DNA of 64,000 nucleotides. Origin: an uncultured bacterium (GTDB lineage Bacteria; Nitrospirota; JACRHL01). A program made the position numbers and the translations under genes. Below the pieces are notes generated by a model that saw nothing but the letters and a program-made list of their open reading frames with translations, was not told the DNA's origin and ran no database searches. The number at the start of each line of letters is the position of its first letter. The first letter of the stretch is position 1. This document shows, in pieces, positions 27,601-37,885 of the stretch. Location of the stretch: the NCBI GenBank assembly GCA_965371175.1, contig CBDUXI010000002.1, forward strand, positions 2,694 to 66,693, written 5' to 3'.

Positions 27601-29409
27601 TTATTTTCTCCAGAATAGCGTCAGATTGCCAATCGGCTTGCCGTGGGTAAAGCCGTGGCGTACAAGCACGGCTTGTACCGGTGGAGACTGGCCCAGAGAA
27701 CGGACCATGACGATGGTGCGTGGCGGGTCGGTTTCCAGCAATTGCCGGAATGCCGCAAACCGGGATACAGCGCCGCCGGTAAAGTCGGACGCCTGTATCC
27801 GCAATTCGGCCAACTCCGGTGTGCCGCGCTGGCCCATGAACAGTCGAATGCCCGCGCTACGGATGCGGTACTGAGGATGGCCCGCATCGACCATGGAGAC
27901 GATACAGGCGGTAATCGAAGGGGCCAGCATCGGCCCGTCCGGCGCGGCCCTTGCCACCTGGGCGGCCTCGTCGTAAAACCCCTCCGGCAGTTTGTAGTGG
28001 GGCCAGCCAGCGGTCACGTTGTCCCGAAAAACCGAACTGGAACCGGCAAAAAAGTGGGGTGCGATCAGCAGTACGGCAACGCCTGCGGCAACGCTTGCAA
28101 GAGGGCGGGCGGGTAGCCGTAAGGACAGTCGCCGGGATAATTCTCCCGCAGCAACGCCTGCTGCCAATGGAAACGGCAGCAGGTAAAACAGCCGCCAGTA
28201 GATCCCCGCCGAGGTGACATGCTCGATAATGGGTGTGGCCACCAGCGGATTTAAAAACAGCACGCAGGCTCCGACCAGCCACCCGGCGATAAAGCGGCGC
28301 TGCCAGCCGTGGGTGAAAAAAAGCGCAAGGCCAATCGCCAGGGCCATAACGATGGGGGTGACCGGCTGTTCCGGGTTGATAAAAAACAGCAGATGGCCGC
28401 TAAAGGTGGTCGGGTATCCGGCGGTAATCACATCGTAGGCATCGCCTCTGCTGCCGGGGAGCGTGGCAATGATCAGCGCGTACAGGAGCGGATAGGCCAG
28501 CGTGCTCACATAGACCGTGCCGAGCCGGAGCAGGGAGCGCAGATCCGGGCGCACTGCAACCTGTCCACAAAACAGGGCGGCGGCCAGAGGAGGCAGCAGA
28601 ATCATCGCCGAGGAGGACAGCCCGGCCATGGCCGTGGCCACCACAAACAGCCCCATCCAGCCTTTTTTTGACGGTTGTTTGAGGTAATCCACGCTCAGGG
28701 CGCAAAAGAACGGGATGCCCACTGCCAGCAGTACGGTCTTGCCTTCAAACGCCCGGATAAAGCTCAGGTTGCCGAATGTTCGCAGCGATTCGCCCAGCAG
28801 CAGCAAAACGCCCACGGTGAACACGGTGCCAATGGCGGCATGGCGGCTGTCCGGCACAAACCGGGAGATTAAAAAAAACAGCGCCAGCGGGATCAGGGCG
28901 GCCATGGCGGCGGGTGCAACCAAGTGGTATACGGTCAGGTATTCCAGTCCTGTCAGCCAGGCAAATACCGACAGCAGGTATTCAAACGGAAATGCCGCCC
29001 CCCACACATACGATATAAACGGCTCCGCCCCGCCGTACAGATAGTGAACCTGGAACCCCATTGCCTCCGCCGGGTTTTGCAGCGCGTGGACCGCACCCGG
29101 TACGTAGTAGCAGTCGTCGGCGGCGGTCTTGTGGGTAAACAGCGCGGTGCACGCGCCAAACACGGAAAGCGCCATCAGGGTCACGGGCGCAAACCGGTCC
29201 CGCTCCACCCCCCGCTCCGGACTGAATGCCCGCCATGCAGCGGCGCAGGCGGCCACCAGCACGAGCACGCATGCCCCGGCATATAACCGGTAGGAAAGCC
29301 CCAGAAAAAGCGCCGTGTGGGTCAGCACCGTCACACCGGCAAACCCGGCGCACAGGGTGAACAGCAGCCGTTGGACGGTGGCCGTGCCCGCCGGGTGAGG
29401 CCCGCTCAT
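27601..29409 (-). CDS. polytopic membrane protein with C-terminal soluble domain (GT-C-like?)
   Basis: About 11-12 TM helices plus a C-terminal domain of about 160 aa. True start likely ATG 29409, which forms an ATGA overlap with the upstream acyltransferase stop. Confidence 0.55.
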   Translation of the reverse strand: MSGPHPAGTATVQRLLFTLCAGFAGVTVLTHTALFLGLSYRLYAGACVLVLVAACAAAWRAFSPERGVERDRFAPVTLMALSVFGACTALFTHKTAADDCYYVPGAVHALQNPAEAMGFQVHYLYGGAEPFISYVWGAAFPFEYLLSVFAWLTGLEYLTVYHLVAPAAMAALIPLALFFLISRFVPDSRHAAIGTVFTVGVLLLLGESLRTFGNLSFIRAFEGKTVLLAVGIPFFCALSVDYLKQPSKKGWMGLFVVATAMAGLSSSAMILLPPLAAALFCGQVAVRPDLRSLLRLGTVYVSTLAYPLLYALIIATLPGSRGDAYDVITAGYPTTFSGHLLFFINPEQPVTPIVMALAIGLALFFTHGWQRRFIAGWLVGACVLFLNPLVATPIIEHVTSAGIYWRLFYLLPFPLAAGVAAGELSRRLSLRLPARPLASVAAGVAVLLIAPHFFAGSSSVFRDNVTAGWPHYKLPEGFYDEAAQVARAAPDGPMLAPSITACIVSMVDAGHPQYRIRSAGIRLFMGQRGTPELAELRIQASDFTGGAVSRFAAFRQLLETDPPRTIVMVRSLGQSPPVQAVLVRHGFTHGKPIGNLTLFWRK

Positions 29410-30569
29410 GATGGCCTGTCCCGGTTTTGTTCGGTAAACCGCTTCCAGTACAGCGGCAAGCGCAAACACGGGCGCTCAATCAACAGATAGGACAGGGCCG
29501 AAAAAATAAGTGTGGCGACTGTCACCACGGCGGCCTGGGTCATGGGAGCGGCCCGGACGTTATAGGCGACATATTTCAGGATCGGCACATGCCAGAGGTA
29601 GATGCTGAAGCTGATCAGGCCCACAAAACGTAGCGGCTTGAAGGCAAATATGCGTCTTAGCATGCCGCTGCCGTTTAGCATGCCCACGATCAGCAGTGCC
29701 CAGATCAGGCCGAACAACAGCACCCGGGTGTGAAAGTGGTGCACGGATACCGCCCTGCCCGACAAAATCGACCACAGGTCGGGCATCATTACCACGGGCG
29801 CAAACAACAGCAGCGCGGCAAACCCTTCAAATGCGCGGCGTGCGGGGCGGCTTTCTCGCCAGGTGGTACCAGAGAGCCAGTGGTGCAAAAACGCCCCGAA
29901 CGAGCCCATCAAAAAGGCGGGCAGATAGCCGCCCATGCGAAAGCCGTTTTTCTGGTAGGTGGTGTCTGGCCAGAGCATATAGACGGCGAACGTCACGACC
30001 AGGGCGGCCACGGGCGCCACCTGCGAGGGTAGTCGCTTTAAGCCAAATACCATGGCCATGGCCACAAACGGCAGTAGCAGATAATAGGTAAATTCGGCGG
30101 GAATGGCCCAGTAGATGGCTTTCCCCGCGCTTAAGGTCAGGTGCTCACGCACGTCGGCCCCGGTAAAGCGGATGAAGTACGGGGTGGCACTCCATTGCAG
30201 GTTGGCCAGCAACACCACAAGGTACAGGGGATAAATGCGTAATACCCGGCGGCTGGCGTACCGCAGCCAGGTGCCGGGAGAGGCAAACCGGGCGGGCTCC
30301 ATACGCAACAACGGCAGGGTCAGCAAAAAGGCGCTGAGGACAAAAAACAGGTAGACGCCGTACTTGCCGATGCCGCCGAAGTCGAACTCGCCAAAGGCCA
30401 GCATGCGCACCAGGCTCAGGTGGCTGATGAGCACCAGCAAAACCGCCAGCCCCCGCAGGCCGTCCAGCGCGTCAAACTGCAGGTGGGCGGACGATTCCTT
30501 GCGGAACAGGAGCGTATCGATCCAGCTGATTGCAGCGTGCCAGCCTGTGGCGGCTTTTTTATTGCCCAC
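29406..30569 (-). CDS. acyltransferase family 3 (OafA/YrhL-type O-acyltransferase)
   Basis: 'LDGLRGLAVLLVLISH' and 10 TM helices are typical of acyltransferase_3. Confidence 0.75.
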   Translation of the reverse strand: MGNKKAATGWHAAISWIDTLLFRKESSAHLQFDALDGLRGLAVLLVLISHLSLVRMLAFGEFDFGGIGKYGVYLFFVLSAFLLTLPLLRMEPARFASPGTWLRYASRRVLRIYPLYLVVLLANLQWSATPYFIRFTGADVREHLTLSAGKAIYWAIPAEFTYYLLLPFVAMAMVFGLKRLPSQVAPVAALVVTFAVYMLWPDTTYQKNGFRMGGYLPAFLMGSFGAFLHHWLSGTTWRESRPARRAFEGFAALLLFAPVVMMPDLWSILSGRAVSVHHFHTRVLLFGLIWALLIVGMLNGSGMLRRIFAFKPLRFVGLISFSIYLWHVPILKYVAYNVRAAPMTQAAVVTVATLIFSALSYLLIERPCLRLPLYWKRFTEQNRDRPS

Positions 30570-30596
30570 GGCGCGTCAAAATTTGGAGGTGATCTG

Positions 30597-32420
30597 TCAT
30601 TTTACACTGTTCGGTGCCTGTCTCCCGGCCACATAACACTCAATCCATGCCCTGCCCCGTACCCGGAACGTATCGGTCAATGCCATGTTCTGCCGTACAT
30701 ACCGGTCTACCGGGTCTATGGAAAGAAAATTTCTGAACTCCGGTGGCAGATAGAGGCCGTCTGCAATCGACATGGGTTTGATGAGCATTTTATTGACGAA
30801 GCGGAAGGCGATGGCCGGTTCCATGTGCGAAATATGCATCTGTTCAACGGCGTCCTGCTTCAGCGCCAGGGAGCGGGCAAGGCCGGTCCACGAATGGTTC
30901 AGGGACGGCTTCAGGCCGGTCAGCATATACCCCATGGGGGCAAAGTCGTAAAAGATGGCCCGATCGCCCGGTGCGGTATGTTTTCTTGCCTGTCTGTCGA
31001 TCCACCGGGCCGCCTCAAACGTAATCGGGTTGGTGTGGATGCCTTGTGCGAAGCCGTCGGGAAAGGTTTTTGTCAGCTGCCTGGGGGCAAGATCGAAGAA
31101 GGTATAGCGCCAGTCTCCCAGCGCCACGCCGTGATAGAACGGTACAAGCAGCGTCACCACAACCATTGCCTGCATCAACTGTGGCCGGAGGGTGTTTCTG
31201 ACGCCGCTTGCCACCAGCACGGCAATGGCCACGGCGGCCGGAGCCGAAAGTTCCAGTACCGCAAGCAGCCCCAGCCCGGAAAAACGGGCGAACAGCAGTG
31301 CGGCAAGCGCCGTGGGGAACAGAACGGCCAGTAGTAACGACTGATGCCGGCCCAGCGCTTCCTTGTGCCACAGGCGCGCAAGCGGCCATGCCAGCCCGAA
31401 TACCATGCCCACAGACAGCAACCCCGCAAACCAGGATTGCGCCGTATACCACGGCACCCGGTACGGCAGGACCGTGCCGCCCACGTTGGTGTGGGTGATC
31501 CACCAGACCAACATTGCAAGCCCCACGGCGGCCCCGGGAAGCCAGCGGCCAGTGTGGCGACCGACCAGTACAAACAGGCCCAGGAGTCCGGCGCAGATTG
31601 CCAGATACGGGATTGCTCTCGGGTTGATCCATCCGGCCCGTTCCAGTTTCCACGCCTGATAGGTGAACATGGTCTGCAGCGCATCAATAAAGACGGCGTG
31701 GTACAGGGCCATAAAGCCCAGCCAGAGGATGGCCACCGGTGCCAGTGTCCAGCCCAGATCCCCTGCGGAAAACCGGATGCCGCACCGGGGCGACCGACGC
31801 GCAACCAGCCACAACAGAACCGGTGCCGCCGCCACCGGTGACAGGGGCAGGGTGCAAAAGCCGATGGCCCACAGGGCGGCACCTGCGCCGATGAATAGTG
31901 CCCGACGTACGGCACTGCGGTCATCCGCCAGTCCGAAGAGCAGCAGGGAGATGTGGACGAGCAGGAAAAAATGGGGGTAGGTGTAGTAGGAAAGGTTCGA
32001 GATGATTCCCAGTGCATCCATGCCGGTGAATGCAAACAAGGACAGCACCCACGGCAGATACCAGTACACACCGGTCCAGCGGTAAACGGCCCAGCCAAAC
32101 AGGGCCAGCGCCCCCAGCGTCATACAAAATTGCAGTGTGCGAAACCCCAGCAGGGTGATGTCCGGGTGCAGCCAGAAGATCAGGGCGTTGAACAACACAT
32201 ACAGACGAATCACGTTGGTGGAATTGTCGGGAAACAGCCGGTCGCCCGTGGCCATGCGCCAGCCGTCGGTCATGTACATGCCTTCATCACTGAAGCTGAA
32301 GCCGTAGCGCAGTTTGATCCAGCCGTATACCGCCATGGCGGCAAACAGGAGCAGGCCGGTACCGAACAGTATCCGGGGGGTCAGGTCCGGCTGAGTGGTC
32401 TCCCGGTCAGTCATATCCAC
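30597..32420 (-). CDS. polytopic membrane protein, paralogue-like of 27601..29409 (GT-C-like?)
   Basis: Same architecture: about 12 TM helices plus a C-terminal soluble domain of about 190 aa. 'DEG' in the first predicted loop. Confidence 0.55.
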   Translation of the reverse strand: MDMTDRETTQPDLTPRILFGTGLLLFAAMAVYGWIKLRYGFSFSDEGMYMTDGWRMATGDRLFPDNSTNVIRLYVLFNALIFWLHPDITLLGFRTLQFCMTLGALALFGWAVYRWTGVYWYLPWVLSLFAFTGMDALGIISNLSYYTYPHFFLLVHISLLLFGLADDRSAVRRALFIGAGAALWAIGFCTLPLSPVAAAPVLLWLVARRSPRCGIRFSAGDLGWTLAPVAILWLGFMALYHAVFIDALQTMFTYQAWKLERAGWINPRAIPYLAICAGLLGLFVLVGRHTGRWLPGAAVGLAMLVWWITHTNVGGTVLPYRVPWYTAQSWFAGLLSVGMVFGLAWPLARLWHKEALGRHQSLLLAVLFPTALAALLFARFSGLGLLAVLELSAPAAVAIAVLVASGVRNTLRPQLMQAMVVVTLLVPFYHGVALGDWRYTFFDLAPRQLTKTFPDGFAQGIHTNPITFEAARWIDRQARKHTAPGDRAIFYDFAPMGYMLTGLKPSLNHSWTGLARSLALKQDAVEQMHISHMEPAIAFRFVNKMLIKPMSIADGLYLPPEFRNFLSIDPVDRYVRQNMALTDTFRVRGRAWIECYVAGRQAPNSVK

Positions 32421-32435
32421 ACACGGACGGCAGCG

Positions 32436-32813
32436 CTAGCGCGCTTCCAGGCGTTCCTGACAGGCCACGCAGAACGGCGCTTCCGGGCGGGCGGAAAGCC
32501 GTGGGTAGCCGATCGGTTCGGCGCAGTCGCGGCAGTAGCCGTATTCGCCGTCTGCCACGGCAGAGCGTGCCAGACGCACCTGGGCCAGGCGCCGTTGATA
32601 GGCGGCCCTGCCCGCCTTGGCCATACTCTGCTGCTGCATGGCGTCCATACGCGACAGGCGGCCAATGGGCAGCCCCAGATCCACCGGTTTGGAATCGTCA
32701 CCGGTATCGGTCAGGGCGGTTTCCAGCTCGGTCTCCAGCGCCTGTAACGTGGCGGCAAGTTCGTCTGCCTGTGGGGCGGTCAGTGCATCCATGGGGGGAT
32801 TATCCTTGATCAT
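32436..32813 (-). CDS. DksA/TraR-family C4 zinc-finger protein
   Basis: C-terminal 'CRDCAEPIGYPRLSARPEAPFCVACQ' plus an N-terminal coiled coil. Confidence 0.75.
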   Translation of the reverse strand: MIKDNPPMDALTAPQADELAATLQALETELETALTDTGDDSKPVDLGLPIGRLSRMDAMQQQSMAKAGRAAYQRRLAQVRLARSAVADGEYGYCRDCAEPIGYPRLSARPEAPFCVACQERLEAR

Positions 32814-32950
32814 GGGCCACTGTCGCCAGCGGGCGGGGTATTCTGGTGCCGCCCATTGTGCCCGAGCCGTTTGTACAAGCCACTCGAAAAATGCGTACCC
32901 CGCACAAAAAACAACGGGTTACGCCAAACGACGCAACCCGTTGATTAATT

Positions 32951-33026
<76 letters not shown>

Positions 33027-33162
33027 AAAACCTGCTGCGCGTCCCGATTGCTTAAGTTGGGTGGTGCTCGAACCCTCGTCTATCCGACTGTCTCGGGTTC
33101 TGCGCTCCATCCGCCTTGCACTCGGACCGCTCGTGACGGTTTTTTGTGGTGCCTCCACCAAA

Positions 33163-33240
33163 TGGCGCGCCTGAAGGGATTCGAACCCCTGGCCTTCGGA
33201 ACCGGAATCCGACGCTCTATCCAGCTGAGCTACAGGCGCA
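33163..33240 (-). tRNA. tRNA-Arg (anticodon CCG)
   Basis: The reverse complement reads GCGCCTGTAGCTCAGCTGGATAGAGCGTCGGATTCCGGTTCCGA...GGTTCGAATCC...GCGCGCCA. Anticodon loop is TTCCGGT. Confidence 0.85.
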
Positions 33241-33252
33241 TAGCAAAATAAA

Positions 33253-33328
33253 TGGTGGACGATACTGGACTTGAACCAGTGACCCCTGCCGTGTGAAGGC
33301 AGTGCTCTACCAACTGAGCTAATCGTCC
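33253..33328 (-). tRNA. tRNA-Val (anticodon CAC)
   Basis: The reverse complement reads GGACGATTAGCTCAGTTGGTAGAGCACTGCCTTCACACGGCAG...GGTTCAAGTCC...CGTCCACCA. Confidence 0.85.
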
Positions 33329-33448
33329 ATCAACTCCGCAAGGCCCGCTATTCTACAGCACTCGGAGCCGATGCAAAAGGGGGCAGCCGTGTCCCCGGAA
33401 ATGCTTGCGGCATCGTACGTGCGCCGTGGCCCATGTTGCGGGGTGTGT

Positions 33449-35470
33449 TTACGTCTGGCCGGACGGGATGATGCGGGTCAGGCGGGATAAAAAGCCGGAC
33501 AGTCCCGTTTCGGACTGGGTCTGCTCCGGGGTGTCCCCCTTGTAGACCAGCTCTTCGTCGAACTGAAACTTTTCCATGGTGATGCAGCGGGTGGGGCAGC
33601 GCATGGCGCACAGGCCACAACGGATGCACAGGTGGCTGTCAAACAGCATCACCGCACCTTTTTCCTCGGCCGTGTCGCTGATGCCCGCATGCCCACCCGG
33701 ACCCTGAATGAACTGATCGGGATTGACCCCGAAGAGGGGCTCCGCGCCGCGAGCGTACAGCTCGGAATCGGCCACCTGATCGATGGGGACAAGTTTCAGC
33801 ACCTTTTCCGGGCAGATATCCACGCAGCCGCTGCAGGCGATGCACATTTCTCCGTCCATCACCACGTTGATGTTGCAACGCAGACAGCGGTCGGCCTGCT
33901 CTTTGGCCTCGATTTCCGGGTAGGCAAAGTCCACCAGGGTGGTGCTGAAGTTGCCCGCCTTGTCTTTTCTCATGTCCAGCGGCAGGTGCGGTTCGCCCTG
34001 GCGGGACAGGGTGGTGTAGCGGCGGACCGTTTCGAACTGGGTCATGGGCCGCATCATGGCGTGGGGGTGGGTTTCGATGGTTTTGCCGGAAAGGGTCTGG
34101 TGAATCGAGCGGGCCACCTTGTGGCCGTGGGCCACCGCATCGATAAACAGCCGCGGGCCGGTGGCGATATCGCCGGTGATGTACACGTCTTTGGCCGAGG
34201 TCTGGAACGTGTCCGGATCGCTCTTGATGATGCCCGGCGCCACCTGCTGTACGCGCCTGTCTTCCCCTTTTAAAAAGCCGGTGTCGGCCATCTGGCCGAT
34301 GGCGAGGATCACCTCGTTGGTGGGCCAGACCTTTTCGGACTTGTCCACAAACGACGGGGCGAAGCGGCCCTGCTCGTCGAAGATGGATTTGACCTTTTTA
34401 AACTCGATGCCGATCAGGGTGCCGTCCTTGTCGCGCACGTACTTTTGCGGCCCCAGATCGTTAAAGATGCCGATGCCCTCATAGCGGGATTCGATGCGCT
34501 CGTATTCCGAGCCGCGCATGCCGTCTTCCGGCTCCAGACAGACCACCTGCACCTTGGTTGCACCCTGACGCAGGGCGGTGCGGGCGCAGTCCATGGCCAC
34601 GTCGCCACCACCGATGACGATGACCCGGCCCTTGTGGGGGATCTTTTCGCCAAAATTGCTGCGCCGCAGGTAGTCGATGCCTTCGATGATGCCGTCGCCG
34701 TCGGCTCCCGGAATGGGGATGGCGCGGGCGTTTTGCAGGCCCGTGGCGATGACGATGGCCTTGTACCCGTCGTCGCGCAGTTGCTGGAAGGTGATGTCCT
34801 TGCCGATGTCCACCCCGTACTGCACGTCCACGCCCATGTCGGCAATGGCGTCCACCTCGGCGTACACGGCGCGCCGGTCCAGACGGAATACCGGTACCCC
34901 CTGGGAGAGCATGCCGCCCGCGCCCACTCTGGGCTGTTTTTCAAACACGGTAACCGGGTAGCCGAACAGGTTCAGGTCGTGGGCGCAGCTCATACCGGCC
35001 ACGCCGGAGCCGATGACCGCCACCTTGGGGCCGGTGTTGCGGCTTTTGGCATCCAGCACGCCGGTGGTGCCCATCAGACGCTTGATATTGCTGATATCAA
35101 ACTCGTGGCGGGAGTCGGCGTTGTAAGACCCTTTGAGGACGTCTTCGAGTACCTTGTTCTTCTTGTCGGGGGACTCGGGTCCAAACTGCTCGCACACGAA
35201 GCGTTTTAAGGCCCGAATCGCCACCGGTTTGTCGAGTTTGCCCCGGCGGCAGGCCGCTTCGCACGGTGCGCCGCACACGCGTCCGCAGATGGAGGCAAAC
35301 GGGTTGGGCTCCCGGGCGATGCGATAGGCGTCTTCGTAGCGGCCCTCGCCGATGGCGACAATATAGCCACGGGCATCGGTATGCACCGGGCAGGCGTACT
35401 GGCACTCCACCGTCTCCTGGAAGTGCTCATAATCAAAACTGATAACCGATAACGGATTCGACTGAATCAT
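33449..35470 (-). CDS. GltD-family NAD(P)H-dependent FAD oxidoreductase fused to a 2x[4Fe-4S] ferredoxin domain
   Basis: N-terminal Cys cluster of the GltD type ('CGRVCGAPCEAAC'). Two Rossmann 'GxGxxG' motifs ('VIGSGVAG', 'VIGGGDVAMD'). The C-terminus carries 'CIACSGCVDICP' and 'CIRCGLCAMRCP'. Confidence 0.7.
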   Translation of the reverse strand: MIQSNPLSVISFDYEHFQETVECQYACPVHTDARGYIVAIGEGRYEDAYRIAREPNPFASICGRVCGAPCEAACRRGKLDKPVAIRALKRFVCEQFGPESPDKKNKVLEDVLKGSYNADSRHEFDISNIKRLMGTTGVLDAKSRNTGPKVAVIGSGVAGMSCAHDLNLFGYPVTVFEKQPRVGAGGMLSQGVPVFRLDRRAVYAEVDAIADMGVDVQYGVDIGKDITFQQLRDDGYKAIVIATGLQNARAIPIPGADGDGIIEGIDYLRRSNFGEKIPHKGRVIVIGGGDVAMDCARTALRQGATKVQVVCLEPEDGMRGSEYERIESRYEGIGIFNDLGPQKYVRDKDGTLIGIEFKKVKSIFDEQGRFAPSFVDKSEKVWPTNEVILAIGQMADTGFLKGEDRRVQQVAPGIIKSDPDTFQTSAKDVYITGDIATGPRLFIDAVAHGHKVARSIHQTLSGKTIETHPHAMMRPMTQFETVRRYTTLSRQGEPHLPLDMRKDKAGNFSTTLVDFAYPEIEAKEQADRCLRCNINVVMDGEMCIACSGCVDICPEKVLKLVPIDQVADSELYARGAEPLFGVNPDQFIQGPGGHAGISDTAEEKGAVMLFDSHLCIRCGLCAMRCPTRCITMEKFQFDEELVYKGDTPEQTQSETGLSGFLSRLTRIIPSGQT

Positions 35471-35656
35471 CGGGGCCCTCTACAAACGAATTATTAGAGC
35501 TAGTCCGGAGAATTATGACATATGTCAGGGGTCCCAAGGCAACCGGAAACTGCACCGGGCAGCGATCGGATCGACCAAAAACGGGCGGCGGCTGCACAGA
35601 TCGCGGCACTTGGTTACCATGAGAGGCGGGAAAACAAGGGGAGCATAGGGGAGCGC

Positions 35657-36406
35657 ATGGCTGAAGCAGACTCCGCTACCACGGTGGTGGCGGCACACAA
35701 CCTGACCAAACAGTTTGGCGATACCGTGGCGGTAAACGACCTGTCGTTTACCATAAACGCCGGGGAAATCTACGGCCTTCTGGGGGTGAACGGCGCAGGC
35801 AAAACCACCACCATTGCCATGCTGCTGGACTTGATCACCCCCACTTCCGGAGCCATAGAAATCCTGGGGGAGCGCTACCCCAAAGGCCGTCAGCGTATTT
35901 TGAGCCAGGTGAATTTTTCCTCCACCTACATCTCTTTGCCGCTGCGCCTCACCGTATGGGAGAACATGCGGGTGTTCGCCGGGCTGTACGGAGTCAAAAA
36001 CCCCAAGCGCCACATTCACGACCTGCTGGAACGGTTTGAGATTGCCGATGCCATAAACAAGCGGGTGGGGGACCTGTCTTCAGGCCAGAAAACCCGGGTC
36101 TATCTGGCCAAGGCGCTGTTGAACGACCCGAAGGTGCTGTTTCTGGACGAGCCCACCGCCAGCCTGGACCCGGACATGGCCGACAAAACCCGGCAGATAC
36201 TGACGGAAATCCGGGCGGAGCGCGGTACTGCGGTGCTGATCACCAGCCACAACATGGCCGAGATGGAACAGCTGTGCGACCGCATTCTGTTCATTGAAAA
36301 GGGGCAAAAACTGACCGAAGGCACGCCAAAGCAGATTTTAAAAAAATACGGCAGAAAAACCCTGGAAGAGGTGTTTATTCAGGTGGCCCGGGAGGGGGTC
36401 ACATGA
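35657..36406 (+). CDS. ABC transporter ATP-binding protein
   Basis: Walker A 'GVNGAGKTT', signature 'LSSGQKTRV' and Walker B 'LFLDEPTASLD'. Start moved to ATG 35657, which has a GGGGAG RBS. Confidence 0.8.
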   Translation: MAEADSATTVVAAHNLTKQFGDTVAVNDLSFTINAGEIYGLLGVNGAGKTTTIAMLLDLITPTSGAIEILGERYPKGRQRILSQVNFSSTYISLPLRLTVWENMRVFAGLYGVKNPKRHIHDLLERFEIADAINKRVGDLSSGQKTRVYLAKALLNDPKVLFLDEPTASLDPDMADKTRQILTEIRAERGTAVLITSHNMAEMEQLCDRILFIEKGQKLTEGTPKQILKKYGRKTLEEVFIQVAREGVT

Positions 36407-37197
36407 TCAACTCCGGTCGTGTCGGTGCCATGGCCCTCAGGCACTTCTATTTGTACAGAAAGTCGATTCCGCGTCTGCTGGAGCAGTTTTACTGGCCGGT
36501 AATGGATTTGTTGGTATGGGGCTTTGTGTCGATCTACCTGAGTCGGTTTGACGGCTCCCTGCCCAGTTTTCTGTCCTACTTTTTAGGTGGGCTGATCCTG
36601 TGGGACATGCTGTTTCGCTCCCAGGTGGGGGTGACGGTGGCCTATCTGGAAGAGGTCTGGTCCCGCAACCTGCTCAACCTGTTTGTCAGCCCGTTACGGC
36701 CCATCGAGTTTCTGGCAGGCACCATCAGCATTGCCATCTTGCGGGCCAGCTTTGCCGCCACCATCACCCTGTCTCTGGCGTGGCTGGTGTACGGCTTTAA
36801 CGCGTTGGTCATGGGCGTGTGGCTGTGGGGGTTCGTCATCAGCCTGTACGCGATGGGGTGGGCCATGGGCATCATCATCAGCGCCCTGATTTTGCGTTTC
36901 GGCCAGGGGGCGGAATCGCTGGCGTGGGGGCTGATTTTTTTGATTCAGCCGGTGGCGTGCGTGTTCTATCCGGTGGACGTACTGCCGCCTTTTTTACAGT
37001 ATATCGCCCACGCCATCCCCGCCTCCCACATATTTGAAGGCATGCGCCAGGTGCTGGACGGCGGCCCCGCCCCCATCGGGCACTTGCTGTGGGCCTACAG
37101 CCTGAACGGGGTCTATGCGGTGGTTTCCCTGCTGGTCTTCTATCGTTTTTTTGCGGAAGCCAAGCGGGAAGGGCGGCTGCTGCGGGTGGGGGAGTAA
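36403..37197 (+). CDS. ABC-2 type transporter permease
   Basis: Six-TM ABC-2 permease overlapping the ATPase gene by 4 nt. Confidence 0.75.
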   Translation: MINSGRVGAMALRHFYLYRKSIPRLLEQFYWPVMDLLVWGFVSIYLSRFDGSLPSFLSYFLGGLILWDMLFRSQVGVTVAYLEEVWSRNLLNLFVSPLRPIEFLAGTISIAILRASFAATITLSLAWLVYGFNALVMGVWLWGFVISLYAMGWAMGIIISALILRFGQGAESLAWGLIFLIQPVACVFYPVDVLPPFLQYIAHAIPASHIFEGMRQVLDGGPAPIGHLLWAYSLNGVYAVVSLLVFYRFFAEAKREGRLLRVGE

Positions 37198-37234
37198 TTC
37201 GTAGGGCACTCCCGAGCCCCGGATTGGGGTGACA

Positions 37235-37885
37235 TCAGTTGCCAGACGAAAAAGGTAATAAAGCGTGTCTTACCTCGATTTCATGGTTGCCGCTGTTTCG
37301 TTGATGCCAAGTAGTAAAGCGCTGAATAATGCTTACAGGGGCAGTTTTGATCGGGCCTTTTCGTAGCTTTATTTCGGTCTTATTCTTGGAAAGATTGTCA
37401 TGTATTTTTGTGTTGGCATACGGAATATCACCGTCCATCACATAACCAAGCATACACCCAACAGGAAGGCCCTCTGCATACTGCTCCGTAACAAATCTCT
37501 TAACCCCTTCTTTGACGTACTCCGGTGCTCGCGAGCTTCTCTTTCCCTGCGCGTTGAGTACATTGAGGCGTTTGCATTCGTAAGCAAGGTACTTATCATA
37601 ATTTTGGTCCAAAAAAAAAGCAATGTCGATTTTCCCTTTGCTGTAGGCCATGCCTGTCTCAAGGTATCCTGGAGGTTCATATTGATAATCCGACGAATAG
37701 AATACTTTCCGCGCTACTGCATCCTTGCGAAGTTTTTGCACTAAGTTGAACGTAATCTCATCTTCAATCGGCTGAGGTGTAAGAACTGCCAGGCAATCCG
37801 ACCATACGGAAGCGATGCATTCGAGCAGACGAATGTCAAATGATCTGAATCGACTGGTCCATTCCCCCGGATCGCCAACCACCAT
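37235..37885 (-). CDS. PD-(D/E)xK nuclease-like protein (putative restriction endonuclease partner)
   Basis: 'GKIDIAFFLDQNYDKYLAYECKRL' fits the D-x(n)-E-x-K motif. Its start is coupled to the upstream methyltransferase stop (TGATG). Confidence 0.5.
   Translation of the reverse strand: MVVGDPGEWTSRFRSFDIRLLECIASVWSDCLAVLTPQPIEDEITFNLVQKLRKDAVARKVFYSSDYQYEPPGYLETGMAYSKGKIDIAFFLDQNYDKYLAYECKRLNVLNAQGKRSSRAPEYVKEGVKRFVTEQYAEGLPVGCMLGYVMDGDIPYANTKIHDNLSKNKTEIKLRKGPIKTAPVSIIQRFTTWHQRNSGNHEIEVRHALLPFSSGN

Noticed and set aside
31175-32098. 307-aa minus-strand ORF and other alternative-frame ORFs 31015..31980
   Set aside because: Alternative frames inside the 30597..32420 membrane-protein gene. 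Cys/Trp/Arg-rich translations typical of off-frame GC-rich DNA.
33027-33162. Fourth tRNA between tRNA-Arg and tRNA-Lys
   Set aside because: Only a T-arm-like fragment (GGGTTCGAGCACCACC). No complete cloverleaf could be drawn by hand. Left as a possible pseudo-tRNA.
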